Virus record (IMG/VR): IMGVR_UViG_3300045790_000889
Reading direction: 5' to 3' (one strand)
Length of the DNA: 64,000 bases
Source of the DNA: an uncultured virus (IMG/VR IMGVR_UViG_3300045790_000889)
Taxonomy: Duplodnaviria; Heunggongvirae; Uroviricota; Caudoviricetes
Every line of letters begins with the position of its first letter. The first letter of the stretch is position 1. The notes below the pieces were generated by a model. That model was not told the origin of the DNA. It ran no database searches and saw only the letters and a program-made list of their open reading frames with translations. Below are positions 12,201-20,303 of this stretch, in pieces. A program made the translations under genes and the position numbers.

Positions 12201-12837
12201 ACCACAAAATATGACATTGGGATTAGTTGAAGATTCAAACTATAGACCTATTAGGAAAACTATGCCTATATATGAATCTGATGGCTTCGGTGGATTTAAT
12301 TCTCCATTAGTTCAAGAATCAAGTGGTTCATATATTGGAACTATAACAGGAGATGATCACACATACATATATCAACCAGATTCTAATCTTGCATTCGCGA
12401 GGCCAAGTTTTCTAATACACCTTAAAGATTCTGATGATAGAGGAGATAGTATTGATTGGACATATTCTGTTGATAATTATAAATCTTCTATCTTACAGAT
12501 AGGCCATGATATTGACAACAAAACTTTCTATATTAAAGCATATGATATATCAGAGTCCAACATGCATAGAAGTTCTCATTTACATTTTATTGGAAAATCT
12601 GTAGATTCTGAAAATAAGAGGCCAATTGTAAATAGTTTATCAAGACCAACAGATTCATCTGCTACACCGATGGAAATTTCATTTCAATATAACGGCACAA
12701 GCGGTTTAGATATATCTTGGCTTGGTGATGTACAATTCATGAGGTATATAACCTTAGATAGTATTCCACCTGATTTTGATTCAACTAGTATGATATTTGA
12801 TCCTATTGTATCTTCTCAAACAGGGGGTATAATATAA
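6235..12837 (+). CDS. 2200-aa virion protein with LamG/concanavalin-like lectin segments
   Basis: FSIEFW, FTIEFW, WTHNALTFDG..LWKNG and NWFS..RTYIDG..EFRLTR motifs typical of phage LamG-like domains; lies among structural genes. Confidence 0.6.
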   Translation: MSNIQICDTEADISSVDVVEGDEAVVKENNAIYRFFDLSTTSSFSYDFDDGTHLKLDSTFFDFLSLGVRDSFSIEFWMNKNTADDFSIFDIANPRVSSILDFSSDSHTITQYGRTQAVKHGPYKNGSSSLFFDSSLDFITVDSSLDSMVLFSPFTIEFWYRKENSATNDTVFAVMDKFKDILVLDEEGIIVNGVQYTSTASSLDAKTWTHNALTFDGFNYELWKNGDSVELTRTPDDGGSVKYIIDSGFMNIFTMDRKVPSSWAVQTTMSPTDKTLFYMGGAVNRVQLQTINSGADLKLSAGGADGPSLIVPAPADTDIHTISWDVNTDPGRVRLWIDSNYQGSNSINKSLPARQWALTSFEDLSNATFTNSPSMLDSSTRNRSDGAENYNTDIFPYSTLNDEQDGSWNYYYDYPTVQKLSKLAYTNEDCTVDGEQDISKVTRRSANLLNTRYKYSTSRLKHGYAGFPLWCFSSGGGMGGDNADGRLVAKYTMANAVGGYRPQHFYDNLNANIPSATKQNIPGYTHADGYTPAYDIKHRQQWWSTSLYWRWMPQFQGYQNVGNNRYFSGGTKNRLDDGTKVTNGFTYNPEGRVQLWYFAAYYTHINKYPEAFDLGYRRPDRWYTDDYLPLAAYTGANQTDVSGAYKSVDFLAAPALRNECKPAPLGSIFLSEDTSLGKNNSINQNSWSVVPANWNRDGVAKGDASYFNSLGSGLKFGVEATYKVKQTDGMSENIGLKQEKWAVDFIKTWHDNNKGQYLQSGSTPGQAVGGLTTYWGDRWNSSLGSDYDPWTHQEIVDCLTPASVEPAANGSGTRLPLDKTSHVGGDRGIRGDLLGGARVFSAGNYSYIDNVSIQKGGTKSYYIEIDPADNRSGHPSDYTGMWFAQKAIFYGPELAKTNTHKYNRTNCPVYLTLFETSKIGVHPYMYTDGQFVSETYGQGANSGIDGLSYRTLNDNSGDINGGGAQLSRPIDRYSGNGADGSTGSWSSLRRHRAVHQYGDHRYDGNYLDHHITRGIYNYKRPSGKGDMGDGFPTAPHPQDFGSIAPDKFVPRGGLGDDGFGASAYQTDIYPIVKDFGSERVSYIISEPDSRIYIFASAAYVGYVDFPENDAPYSIMLKKGEKIATTDGTGKIPAVSNTRGQNRGSGWNNDYGEGTYNQFKVINNIQPYINTLKKDALIIDGVFGGLGGGRLGTHKNVGGVITNMDWVNDDLEMPDSQIPENQYNRQASVFGTIRPSQWPGPPHSYHISGHPDGGKIVQPDNRGKKYVYMSAALGYMYQPVAYGARSASQYPGTTADPDDRTFNFRILNQMMLSIDGSQGLAPAEYLSIAGLSWPFSDYPYYIETRSAQRDQGYGSNYHRAQTYTSLALCHKFKRGRIFDNFEHRKWCVHSHSKVRLGANSWQLDPVDLVETIPSADRNASSSSGDGAFGMDSLGDSWQGTLKSNLLYSPQMYSDFKDCSITIAEAVRSNRGEQTGLQYATDYVAKTGGSIVHYSGGQNTDIKTALGGLSEGDALVLPTGKYEVSASQTGTQDHYKTKTSIFFDVGFLICGTTDNPNDVELKIKVHRIFDEATTSNTQLAFMNIKKAEYHSYNPDIIFKSAHGIAFKCIFDFNNKDIGWRTYQSSSDAGSSANIIKFEGCIFTNYKSWLVPNRNNYSSYKNSKVNVNEIIIKDCIFQKDFGPTYDLLNPTNSPTFEGKLLINQGTVDATFTTGNAMSEWYIDDYAAGSKFRYIRDFIIHDSNKYPLKYTIDSAPTIKDDSSTHLILNPQIVDTALSYSTDGVITHGTTKDKLHNVPYTLGNWFSTSLNYSGDSNVIRTYIDGIKVDSSSINLDINSLISTDNIMFNKKDSWNPTLAIYEDIYGDFLLKEFRLTRNQKRSGDYAAQFLTEFGFGDKLTKEPDDVFLTAHDGSSILANENSPYTADVKSWRKVGILPNALESAYTILIDDNPSEQYGTGVFGEGANIDFKMPFKTNGAPTADWQYTNADVAPRPQNMTLGLVEDSNYRPIRKTMPIYESDGFGGFNSPLVQESSGSYIGTITGDDHTYIYQPDSNLAFARPSFLIHLKDSDDRGDSIDWTYSVDNYKSSILQIGHDIDNKTFYIKAYDISESNMHRSSHLHFIGKSVDSENKRPIVNSLSRPTDSSATPMEISFQYNGTSGLDISWLGDVQFMRYITLDSIPPDFDSTSMIFDPIVSSQTGGII

Positions 12838-15608
12838 TGCCAGAAGAATATCAAGTATATTATGATTCTGACGCAAGAAAATTTAAAATGTACCTTAATC
12901 AAAATTATGTAACAGTTGGTGCTATACATGAAGAGATTAAAAAAGTAGAGTATAAAGACGATATATATCTCTCAACATTTGATTCTACCTTTTCGCCAAA
13001 TACAGACCCATACACACCTATTGTAAGTCTCAATAAATACGATTCTGATGCTAATCCTATAACTTGGACTGTACAACACTTGACTAGTACAAGTCTTGGA
13101 ATTCTTAATAATGTTGATCTTTTTAACATGGATACTGAATGGATTGCACATGTATCTAAGGGGTCAGTAGCAAATCGTCCATCAAACCAAAGACTTAATC
13201 CAACAATTTCAAAATTAGTTGGTTCTGGAAACGAATATACAATAACACCAATTCTTTCTAGAACATCAGGAGATTATGATTATTCTGAATATACAGAAGA
13301 AATTACAAATGATGTTTATAAATTTACTGGAAAAATTGCGACAGGCAGTGGAAAAAGTGGGTTGCCAAAAAAGAGCAATTTAGATTCAAATTATCTTGAA
13401 AATAGTTTTTATTTTACACTTGAATATACTCCAACTCAAGCGCATGTTACCTTTGGGAATATTCCAGATTTTTATGATTACATTGGATTAGGCGCACCAG
13501 ATGTAAAATATAAAGTATCATCACCGTTAAGACTTTTAACGAATTGCCAAGGGATTGTTTTTAATGATGTAGATTCTTCACCGTCAACTGGTAATATATC
13601 TGGTAAAAAATTATTTGCTGTGAATAACTCAAGTAGTGGAAGAACGGTAAATCAATATAATCTTAACAATCCTTATGGGGTTGATTCATTGTTCTCAACG
13701 TCTACTCCAGATAAATCATTAGGAATATATAATAATTTAGGAATTTCAAACAGTATTACAGAAGCAATAAATTCAAGTAATTTGTATGGTTTAGATTTTA
13801 ACGATTCTGGTACTAGATTATTTTTGGCAGATAAAGGCCATAATAATATATACCAATATGATCTTACAAATCCATATGAATTAGATGATTCTGCATATTA
13901 TAAAACTGATTATTATGAAAACGCAAATATTCAAAATCCTGTGACTGTTTCTCAATCGGCAAACAGTCAAATTAGAGACTATACTTATAATGCCTATTGG
14001 TGGAATCCTATAACACAATGGTTTCCTCCACAAAATATATATGATAACACTTTTACCACACATTTATCAAAAGATGGCAAACATTATTATATTATGGATG
14101 CTAATGGAATTAAGCAACATGATTTAAGTCATAAAGATCAAATATGCACTGCAAATTATGTAGGGTTGTTCTCTATTTTTGAATCTACAAAAAGATTTTA
14201 TTGGCCTAACGGCAAAAGTAATTCCTATGCTTATAGTAGATATGGTGGAGGATATGTACGAACTGATTCAACATTTTCCACAATTACTCAACACTTCAGA
14301 GAAATATTACCAGAAGGGTATAGTCCTTTTCCAACATATAGAAGGGCTGCACATTTTAACAAAAACCCAATACGGATACTGATAAACCAAATACTTAGAA
14401 TTGTTGGGTATAAAATTCAATACGATTTTATACATTCCGCATATCCTCAATGCTTTACAATTTCTGGTGATGGTACTAAATTATATATTTTATGGGGATG
14501 TGCTTATGATAAAGGACAGTTAAAACAATACACATTAACAACTCCTTGGTTAATATCATCAGCAACTTCTACTGCTACAGTGAGCCATGGTATAGGTCAA
14601 AAAAGTCCAAATACAGATAATGTAACAGAATCAAAATTATATAGTTGTTGGGGAATAGAACTTAAACCAGATGGAAGTTCTCTATTTATTTGGGATAATG
14701 ATACAAATTACATTTATGAATTTACAATGTCTACACCATATGATATAACAACTGTGCAAAATGATGCTGGGATAATCCAACCTTGGAGTGGGTCATATAC
14801 AAGACGTTCACCTCAAATTGTTACTTCACCAAGATTAAAACATTTTAAAATGAATAGAATTGGAACAAAATTTTATTTATCAAATTCTTCAGTGACAAGA
14901 CAATATAGCATGTCAATTCCCTACGATGTTTCAACTGCAACTTTTGAGGTAGAAAGATCAACACTTGGTGTAACAGATGTTTCTAGTGGTGCTGGGTTTG
15001 AACTTAATGAGGATGAAACTACTATCTATCTTCCGAAAACTACTGAAACTCAAATACAATCATTTCAACTCACTAATAGCAGTGCAGCAAATAATGATAG
15101 TGCAGATTTAAATTCAGCAGTTACGGTACAAACACAAAAATACTTAAATTTAGATACTTATATTTCATCAAATCGGCTGCATGATGTAACATTAACCTCT
15201 GATGGAAAACAGATGTATGTTATTGAAAATAGAAGCACTACCGCTCAGAAAGTTCATAGGTATAATCTATCAGATTCAAATGAAATTTACAGTGCAGTAT
15301 ATGATTCTGCTTTTTCAACATTACCTGATTATAGTCTGATTACTGGTATGGCATTAAACGATTCTGAGAATAAGATGATAATTGTTGGTGGTCCAAGTAG
15401 CAAGGGTTTCTTGCGAGAGTATACGATTACAAATCCATTCTCTAATAGCACATTCAATACCCATGAATATTTATTAACTGGACCAAATAATAAAAATATG
15501 GCAGATATTCATTTTACTCCTGAAGGGGATAAATTTATAACATTAGGTAATAATGGAATGATGGATGTATATACCACAAGAAATAAATTTGTTATTAAAC
15601 CAATATAA
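12837..15608 (+). CDS. Beta-propeller-repeat virion protein
   Basis: Repeats such as FNDSGTRLF..YQYDLTNPY, ISGDGTKLY..QYTLTTPW and LKPDGSSLF..YEFTMSTPYDITT; translationally coupled (TAATG). Confidence 0.6.
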   Translation: MPEEYQVYYDSDARKFKMYLNQNYVTVGAIHEEIKKVEYKDDIYLSTFDSTFSPNTDPYTPIVSLNKYDSDANPITWTVQHLTSTSLGILNNVDLFNMDTEWIAHVSKGSVANRPSNQRLNPTISKLVGSGNEYTITPILSRTSGDYDYSEYTEEITNDVYKFTGKIATGSGKSGLPKKSNLDSNYLENSFYFTLEYTPTQAHVTFGNIPDFYDYIGLGAPDVKYKVSSPLRLLTNCQGIVFNDVDSSPSTGNISGKKLFAVNNSSSGRTVNQYNLNNPYGVDSLFSTSTPDKSLGIYNNLGISNSITEAINSSNLYGLDFNDSGTRLFLADKGHNNIYQYDLTNPYELDDSAYYKTDYYENANIQNPVTVSQSANSQIRDYTYNAYWWNPITQWFPPQNIYDNTFTTHLSKDGKHYYIMDANGIKQHDLSHKDQICTANYVGLFSIFESTKRFYWPNGKSNSYAYSRYGGGYVRTDSTFSTITQHFREILPEGYSPFPTYRRAAHFNKNPIRILINQILRIVGYKIQYDFIHSAYPQCFTISGDGTKLYILWGCAYDKGQLKQYTLTTPWLISSATSTATVSHGIGQKSPNTDNVTESKLYSCWGIELKPDGSSLFIWDNDTNYIYEFTMSTPYDITTVQNDAGIIQPWSGSYTRRSPQIVTSPRLKHFKMNRIGTKFYLSNSSVTRQYSMSIPYDVSTATFEVERSTLGVTDVSSGAGFELNEDETTIYLPKTTETQIQSFQLTNSSAANNDSADLNSAVTVQTQKYLNLDTYISSNRLHDVTLTSDGKQMYVIENRSTTAQKVHRYNLSDSNEIYSAVYDSAFSTLPDYSLITGMALNDSENKMIIVGGPSSKGFLREYTITNPFSNSTFNTHEYLLTGPNNKNMADIHFTPEGDKFITLGNNGMMDVYTTRNKFVIKPI

Positions 15609-15619
15609 ATTGATAATCA

Positions 15620-15627
15620 TATAAATA
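15620..15627 (+). promoter_or_regulatory. T4 late promoter
   Basis: Intergenic TATAAATA upstream of the 228-aa ORF; gp55 is encoded in this window. Confidence 0.8.
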
Positions 15628-15654
15628 GTAGAGAATAATTAAGGATAACTGAAT

Positions 15655-16341
15655 ATGCCCACCAAAGGAAGATCATTAGCAAATGGAGAGATGTTTGGAG
15701 ATTTTATTCCTAGCAATGACTCTGCTTATGATTTAGGATCATTCACTAAAAAGTGGAAAGATTTACATTTAAGCGGTAGTACATTATACATAGGTGATAG
15801 TGGATCAATTTCATCAAACGTAGGTGGTGCGATTGGATTGCCTGCAATAGAAATTGGCACTGGTGCGAATACAGTTTCTTTAACGGCTAGTGATAGTGGT
15901 GAAATGGTAATTCCTGCTATAAAGATTGGTTCTGGTGCAACGGCAGTAGTTCTTAAAGCATCCGCGTCAGGAACTTTAGAAACAACTAATACGTCTGGAG
16001 TAGTTCAAGATACTGCTTCAAGCATAGTGAGTATGGTTCAAACTGGTGCGTTGATCGTTACTACTGGTACAAAAAGATGGTATTCGCCGGGCGCATCAAA
16101 CACAATAAGCAAAATTGTTGCGAGAGTTAGTACAGCACCTGCTGGTGCTACACTGAACATAGTAGTAAATAAGAATGGTTCTTCGGCAGCGACATTATCA
16201 ATAGCAGATGGTGGAACAAAAATTGTTAATAGTTCTCCTAGCATATCATTAGTAGAAGATGATTATTTAACGGTAGATATAACACAAATTGGAAGCACTA
16301 CAGCGGGGTCTGATCTCACTGTTATGTTTACATATATATAA
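15655..16341 (+). CDS. Small fibre-like structural protein
   Basis: Shares the IPxxDSAYDLGSxTKKWKDLHLSGST module with the first ORF. Confidence 0.55.
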   Translation: MPTKGRSLANGEMFGDFIPSNDSAYDLGSFTKKWKDLHLSGSTLYIGDSGSISSNVGGAIGLPAIEIGTGANTVSLTASDSGEMVIPAIKIGSGATAVVLKASASGTLETTNTSGVVQDTASSIVSMVQTGALIVTTGTKRWYSPGASNTISKIVARVSTAPAGATLNIVVNKNGSSAATLSIADGGTKIVNSSPSISLVEDDYLTVDITQIGSTTAGSDLTVMFTYI

Positions 16342-16344
16342 ATA
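16337..16344 (+). promoter_or_regulatory. T4 late promoter
   Basis: TATAAATA overlapping the stop codon of the 228-aa ORF. Confidence 0.75.
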
Positions 16345-16362
16345 GAGTGGGGTGGAGTCAAT

Positions 16363-16590
16363 ATGCAATTTACAAAAACACATGAAGATTTTGATGATAG
16401 CGACAATTCAATTACAGTAACTCGCACATTTGATGCGGTTCTTAATGGATCAATATTGGAAATTTCAGAAATTATAGATGGTTCTTCGGTTCTTAGTATG
16501 ATTCAGCCATGGAAGCCAAAGCCAGATGGAAGTAGAAGTAATTGGGTAGATATAAATGAAGCCGTTGAATGGTATAAACTTCAAGCATAA
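16363..16590 (+). CDS. Hypothetical protein (75 aa)
   Basis: GGAG Shine-Dalgarno, follows a late promoter. Confidence 0.6.
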   Translation: MQFTKTHEDFDDSDNSITVTRTFDAVLNGSILEISEIIDGSSVLSMIQPWKPKPDGSRSNWVDINEAVEWYKLQA

Positions 16591-16604
16591 AATAGGATAA
16601 AAAT

Positions 16605-18467
16605 ATGGCATTAATTAAAAAGGGATATCAGGCACATAAATTTCCTGTAATAGAGAGTCCACATGCAGGAAGTACTATGATCTATCTGTATCATCAGCCT
16701 CATGACAAAACCACACTTGCTCCTATAATGGCAAATGAAGCATTGACACAACAGCAACACGATTATCCACAAATGGCATATGGGAACACGGCGATGCACC
16801 CAGCAGGCACTGGCTACAGTGGGCTTAATATAGTAAATAATAATGAAACTTCAATCAGTGCATCGACTTTCAGGGCTGGGGGAGGTTTTACAGTAATGCT
16901 TCCAAAAATGACCGCAGGAACTTCTTATGGTGCAGTTGTAGGTGGGCATAATGACTATTATTGGTCAAATGTGGACCCTTGTCCATTTATGAGTATGGAT
17001 GAAACTATTGAAAATGCAAGAATGCGTAGAATAGTTGATGGTAGTGATGAATTAGTGGTAATGTTAGGAAATGAGGGCTGGAGTTCAAACTATCATTGTA
17101 ATGTTAGTTGGTATAATAAAGGTTCTACTTACAATTTACACGATTCACCGCCTTCAAATGATGAGTACTTATATAGTCATAGCAGTACTTATTATGAATT
17201 TCCTTACATATCAACTGTAAAAGTTGGAAATTATGTTTCTAGTATATATGCTTATTATCGCTACAATTATGCATATCAATATGTCAAGATTGGTAGAAAC
17301 TCGTTTTCTAATTATCATAGTGCAACTAAAGAAACGATAGCAGCATCACAGAGGAATTATTATACTTTACAATATATAGGTACTACAAGTGACGGAAATC
17401 CACTATACTTATATAATTTTAGCACAAATGATCATCAACAGTATGTTACAAAACACAATGTCGCATCAAACACTATAACCGACTTGCATAATTTTACTGC
17501 TGCACCTAGTGCAACAGGAACAAGTGCTGGTGGAACAAGAGCAACAAGTGCATTTGAGACAATTTCAAAAATGGCAAGTCACGTATTTGATGATCCAGCA
17601 AGTTCTGGAAATAAAGCATTTTATTTACCATATTTTGATACTAGTATGAATTATCACCCTTGGTGTTTTAAATGGAATACTTCGGCTGACACTTTTACCA
17701 GAGATCAATGTTCAACTATTACTGGAACTTTAAGTAGTGGAATGTTAAATAATATGGATGGCACTACGTCTTATAGAGCCAGACTTAAAGGACTTGCAAT
17801 AAACGAAACCTTTGTTAATAGCGGAAATAGGTATTTAACAGTATTTCCCTTACAAGGTCAAAAAGATGTAACTATTAGTACTCCGACGAAGAGAACATTT
17901 GTAACTTATGCCGTAAGTGGTTCTGATGCTACAGCGTTAACATATCATAGTAACGTAATATCATCCACTCAAATATACCAAATTATATGGTTAAATGATA
18001 CTAGAACTAAATTAGGAACTTTTAGTGAAAATGCATTTAAAATTTATAATTGGAATAATACTGATGGGTGGGTACTAACTTCTACAATTAATGAGTCATT
18101 TAATGCTGTAGGAAGAGACTCAACAGATAGAATTTGGGCTGTTGGTGGAACCAGAGATGATGTACCAGTTGATATTCATTTACTATCTAATGCAACTCCA
18201 GTGAGAGTGGCAGTAACACCTGCTGATAGCACTTATAACTACGCTGGTTCAAATATAAATTCTACTGTTGGAGTTAGTGCATATAATATGGATGGTGCTA
18301 GAATGGCAGTAAGTGTTAATTTAACTATTCAGGGAAGTACGATGACTTTTAGTGGTGGGGCAACAACCGCAACTGTAACTACTAGTACTTCTGCTGATGT
18401 GAATGAAGCAATTATTATAACTGGATCAGGTACAAGTGATATATTAACAAATGTACAATTGTCGTAG
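16605..18467 (+). CDS. Hypothetical, probably structural, beta-rich protein (620 aa)
   Basis: Long ORF rich in T/S/Y with an Ig-like-looking C-terminus; late gene context. Confidence 0.5.
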   Translation: MALIKKGYQAHKFPVIESPHAGSTMIYLYHQPHDKTTLAPIMANEALTQQQHDYPQMAYGNTAMHPAGTGYSGLNIVNNNETSISASTFRAGGGFTVMLPKMTAGTSYGAVVGGHNDYYWSNVDPCPFMSMDETIENARMRRIVDGSDELVVMLGNEGWSSNYHCNVSWYNKGSTYNLHDSPPSNDEYLYSHSSTYYEFPYISTVKVGNYVSSIYAYYRYNYAYQYVKIGRNSFSNYHSATKETIAASQRNYYTLQYIGTTSDGNPLYLYNFSTNDHQQYVTKHNVASNTITDLHNFTAAPSATGTSAGGTRATSAFETISKMASHVFDDPASSGNKAFYLPYFDTSMNYHPWCFKWNTSADTFTRDQCSTITGTLSSGMLNNMDGTTSYRARLKGLAINETFVNSGNRYLTVFPLQGQKDVTISTPTKRTFVTYAVSGSDATALTYHSNVISSTQIYQIIWLNDTRTKLGTFSENAFKIYNWNNTDGWVLTSTINESFNAVGRDSTDRIWAVGGTRDDVPVDIHLLSNATPVRVAVTPADSTYNYAGSNINSTVGVSAYNMDGARMAVSVNLTIQGSTMTFSGGATTATVTTSTSADVNEAIIITGSGTSDILTNVQLS

Positions 18468-18476
18468 GTAGTCATA

Positions 18477-18866
18477 ATGTCATCTATTGTTAATCAACTC
18501 ACTAGAATAAACGCATCACAAAAACCAGATATTAAAGTATTTAATGATAGGTTTAGTATTAAAGTTAGTGATGTAAATTCTAGTTGGGTATATTCTGAGA
18601 TTAGTGCGATATTACAAATAAATGGCGATAGTCATACTGTCAATAGTGCTGGTGGTAGTAATGTAAATAATGCTAGTATTAATACAACATTTGTTTCGCG
18701 TGATTCTGATTTTTTCTCGGACATCATTGGAAAATATACTCCTGATGTAATAGGACATAATATAATCAAGGTTGGTTCCATATTCACTCCACCAGATATT
18801 TCTGAAGGCGGTGGTGGTGGTGGGACACCAACGGGACCAGAAGCACAGTCTTGGTCTTATGGATAA
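18477..18866 (+). CDS. Hypothetical protein (129 aa)
   Basis: ORF with a Gly linker near the C-terminus; late context. Confidence 0.5.
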   Translation: MSSIVNQLTRINASQKPDIKVFNDRFSIKVSDVNSSWVYSEISAILQINGDSHTVNSAGGSNVNNASINTTFVSRDSDFFSDIIGKYTPDVIGHNIIKVGSIFTPPDISEGGGGGGTPTGPEAQSWSYG

Positions 18867-18895
18867 TTTTAATAATATGTTGAGATTAAAATCTA

Positions 18896-18903
18896 TATAA
18901 ATA
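18896..18903 (+). promoter_or_regulatory. T4 late promoter
   Basis: TATAAATA upstream of gp13. Confidence 0.85.
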
Positions 18904-18935
18904 GAAGTGAATAAACTATTTAATTAGGAAACACT

Positions 18936-19694
18936 ATGTCATCAAATAGACCCGACACCAGAGATGAATTGATAGATTACTGTTTGAGAAGATTAGGCTC
19001 ACCAGTGATTGAGATCAATGTTGCGACAGACCAAGTAGAAGATCGTATTGATGACGCAATTGATTTTTATCAAGAATTTCACTCAGATGCCACACATAGG
19101 ACATATTTAAAACATCTCGTTACTTCTGACGATGTTACAAACAAATATATTCCAATACCTTCAAGCGTAATTTATGTAACAAAATTATTTCCTATTATTA
19201 CTGCTGGCAATACTTCAAATTTCTTTGATATTAAATACCAAATGATGTTAAACGATGTTGCTGATATGGGTAGTTTTATTGGGGATTTAATGTATTATGA
19301 ACAAATGCAACAACACTTGGCATTGATTGATACTAAATTGAATGGTATTCCACAAGTAGGCTATTCACGCAGAGAGAATAGACTTCATATTCACGGTGAG
19401 TGGCAAAACGGTGATATAAAAGCAGGTGATTATTTGGTTGTAGAAGTGTTGCAAATTATTGATCCAGATACAAATGTTTCTGTTTATAATGATAGGTTTC
19501 TAAAAGATTATGCAACTTGTTTGATAAAAATTCAATGGGGGTCAAACCTTATAAAATTTGAAAATATGCAAATGCCAGGTGGTGTCACATTAAATGGTAG
19601 ACAAATATATGATGATGCGATACAAGATAGAGATAGACTTGAAGAACGAATGAGGCTGGAACAAGAAATGCCACCTGATTTTATGGTGGGTTAA
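18936..19694 (+). CDS. gp13: Neck protein gp13
   Basis: YCLRRLGSPVIEINV...QWGSNLIKF..MPGGVTLNG signature; synteny. Confidence 0.95.
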   Translation: MSSNRPDTRDELIDYCLRRLGSPVIEINVATDQVEDRIDDAIDFYQEFHSDATHRTYLKHLVTSDDVTNKYIPIPSSVIYVTKLFPIITAGNTSNFFDIKYQMMLNDVADMGSFIGDLMYYEQMQQHLALIDTKLNGIPQVGYSRRENRLHIHGEWQNGDIKAGDYLVVEVLQIIDPDTNVSVYNDRFLKDYATCLIKIQWGSNLIKFENMQMPGGVTLNGRQIYDDAIQDRDRLEERMRLEQEMPPDFMVG

Positions 19695-19697
19695 AAT

Positions 19698-20303
19698 ATG
19701 ACAACTAATCATTATATTTCTCAAACAGTAAGAAGCGAACAAAATCTTTATGAAGATATCGTTATAGAGTCTCTTAAAACTTATGGGCAAGACGTTTATT
19801 ATCTTCCTAGAACCATCGTTAATGAAAATAAAGTTTTTGGTGATGATGTCCCATCAGCATTTAATTCTTCATACAAAATAGAAATGTATATTGAAAATAC
19901 TGAGGGTTTTGATGGTGAAGGTGATCTGTTTACAAAGTTTGGCGTAGAAATACGTGATGCTGCTACATTTATAGTTGCTAGAAGAAGGTGGAGAAACCTA
20001 GTTGGTCAAACGACTAACGATATAGATCAAATAGACCGACCAGCAGAAGGTGATTTAATATATTTACCTTTATCAAAATCTATGTTTGAAATAATGCATG
20101 TTGAGCATGAACAGCCATTTTATGCTTTAAGCAATTTACCGACATATAAAATGCGATGTGAATTATTTGTTTATAATGATGAATCATTTGATACTAGTTT
20201 GGTTGTTCTTAATGAACTTGAGGCAACAGATGCTTATACTTATGAACTTACCTTAAAAATTCCTAAACAAGCAACTGCGACTGCTAATATAGGAGTGATA
20301 TAA
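19698..20303 (+). CDS. gp14: Neck protein gp14, N-terminal core only
   Basis: EQNLYEDIVIESLKTYGQDVYYLPR...KFG.EIRD...RPAEGDLIYLP...VEHEQPFY; lacks the usual ...NPFG C-terminus. Confidence 0.9.
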   Translation: MTTNHYISQTVRSEQNLYEDIVIESLKTYGQDVYYLPRTIVNENKVFGDDVPSAFNSSYKIEMYIENTEGFDGEGDLFTKFGVEIRDAATFIVARRRWRNLVGQTTNDIDQIDRPAEGDLIYLPLSKSMFEIMHVEHEQPFYALSNLPTYKMRCELFVYNDESFDTSLVVLNELEATDAYTYELTLKIPKQATATANIGVI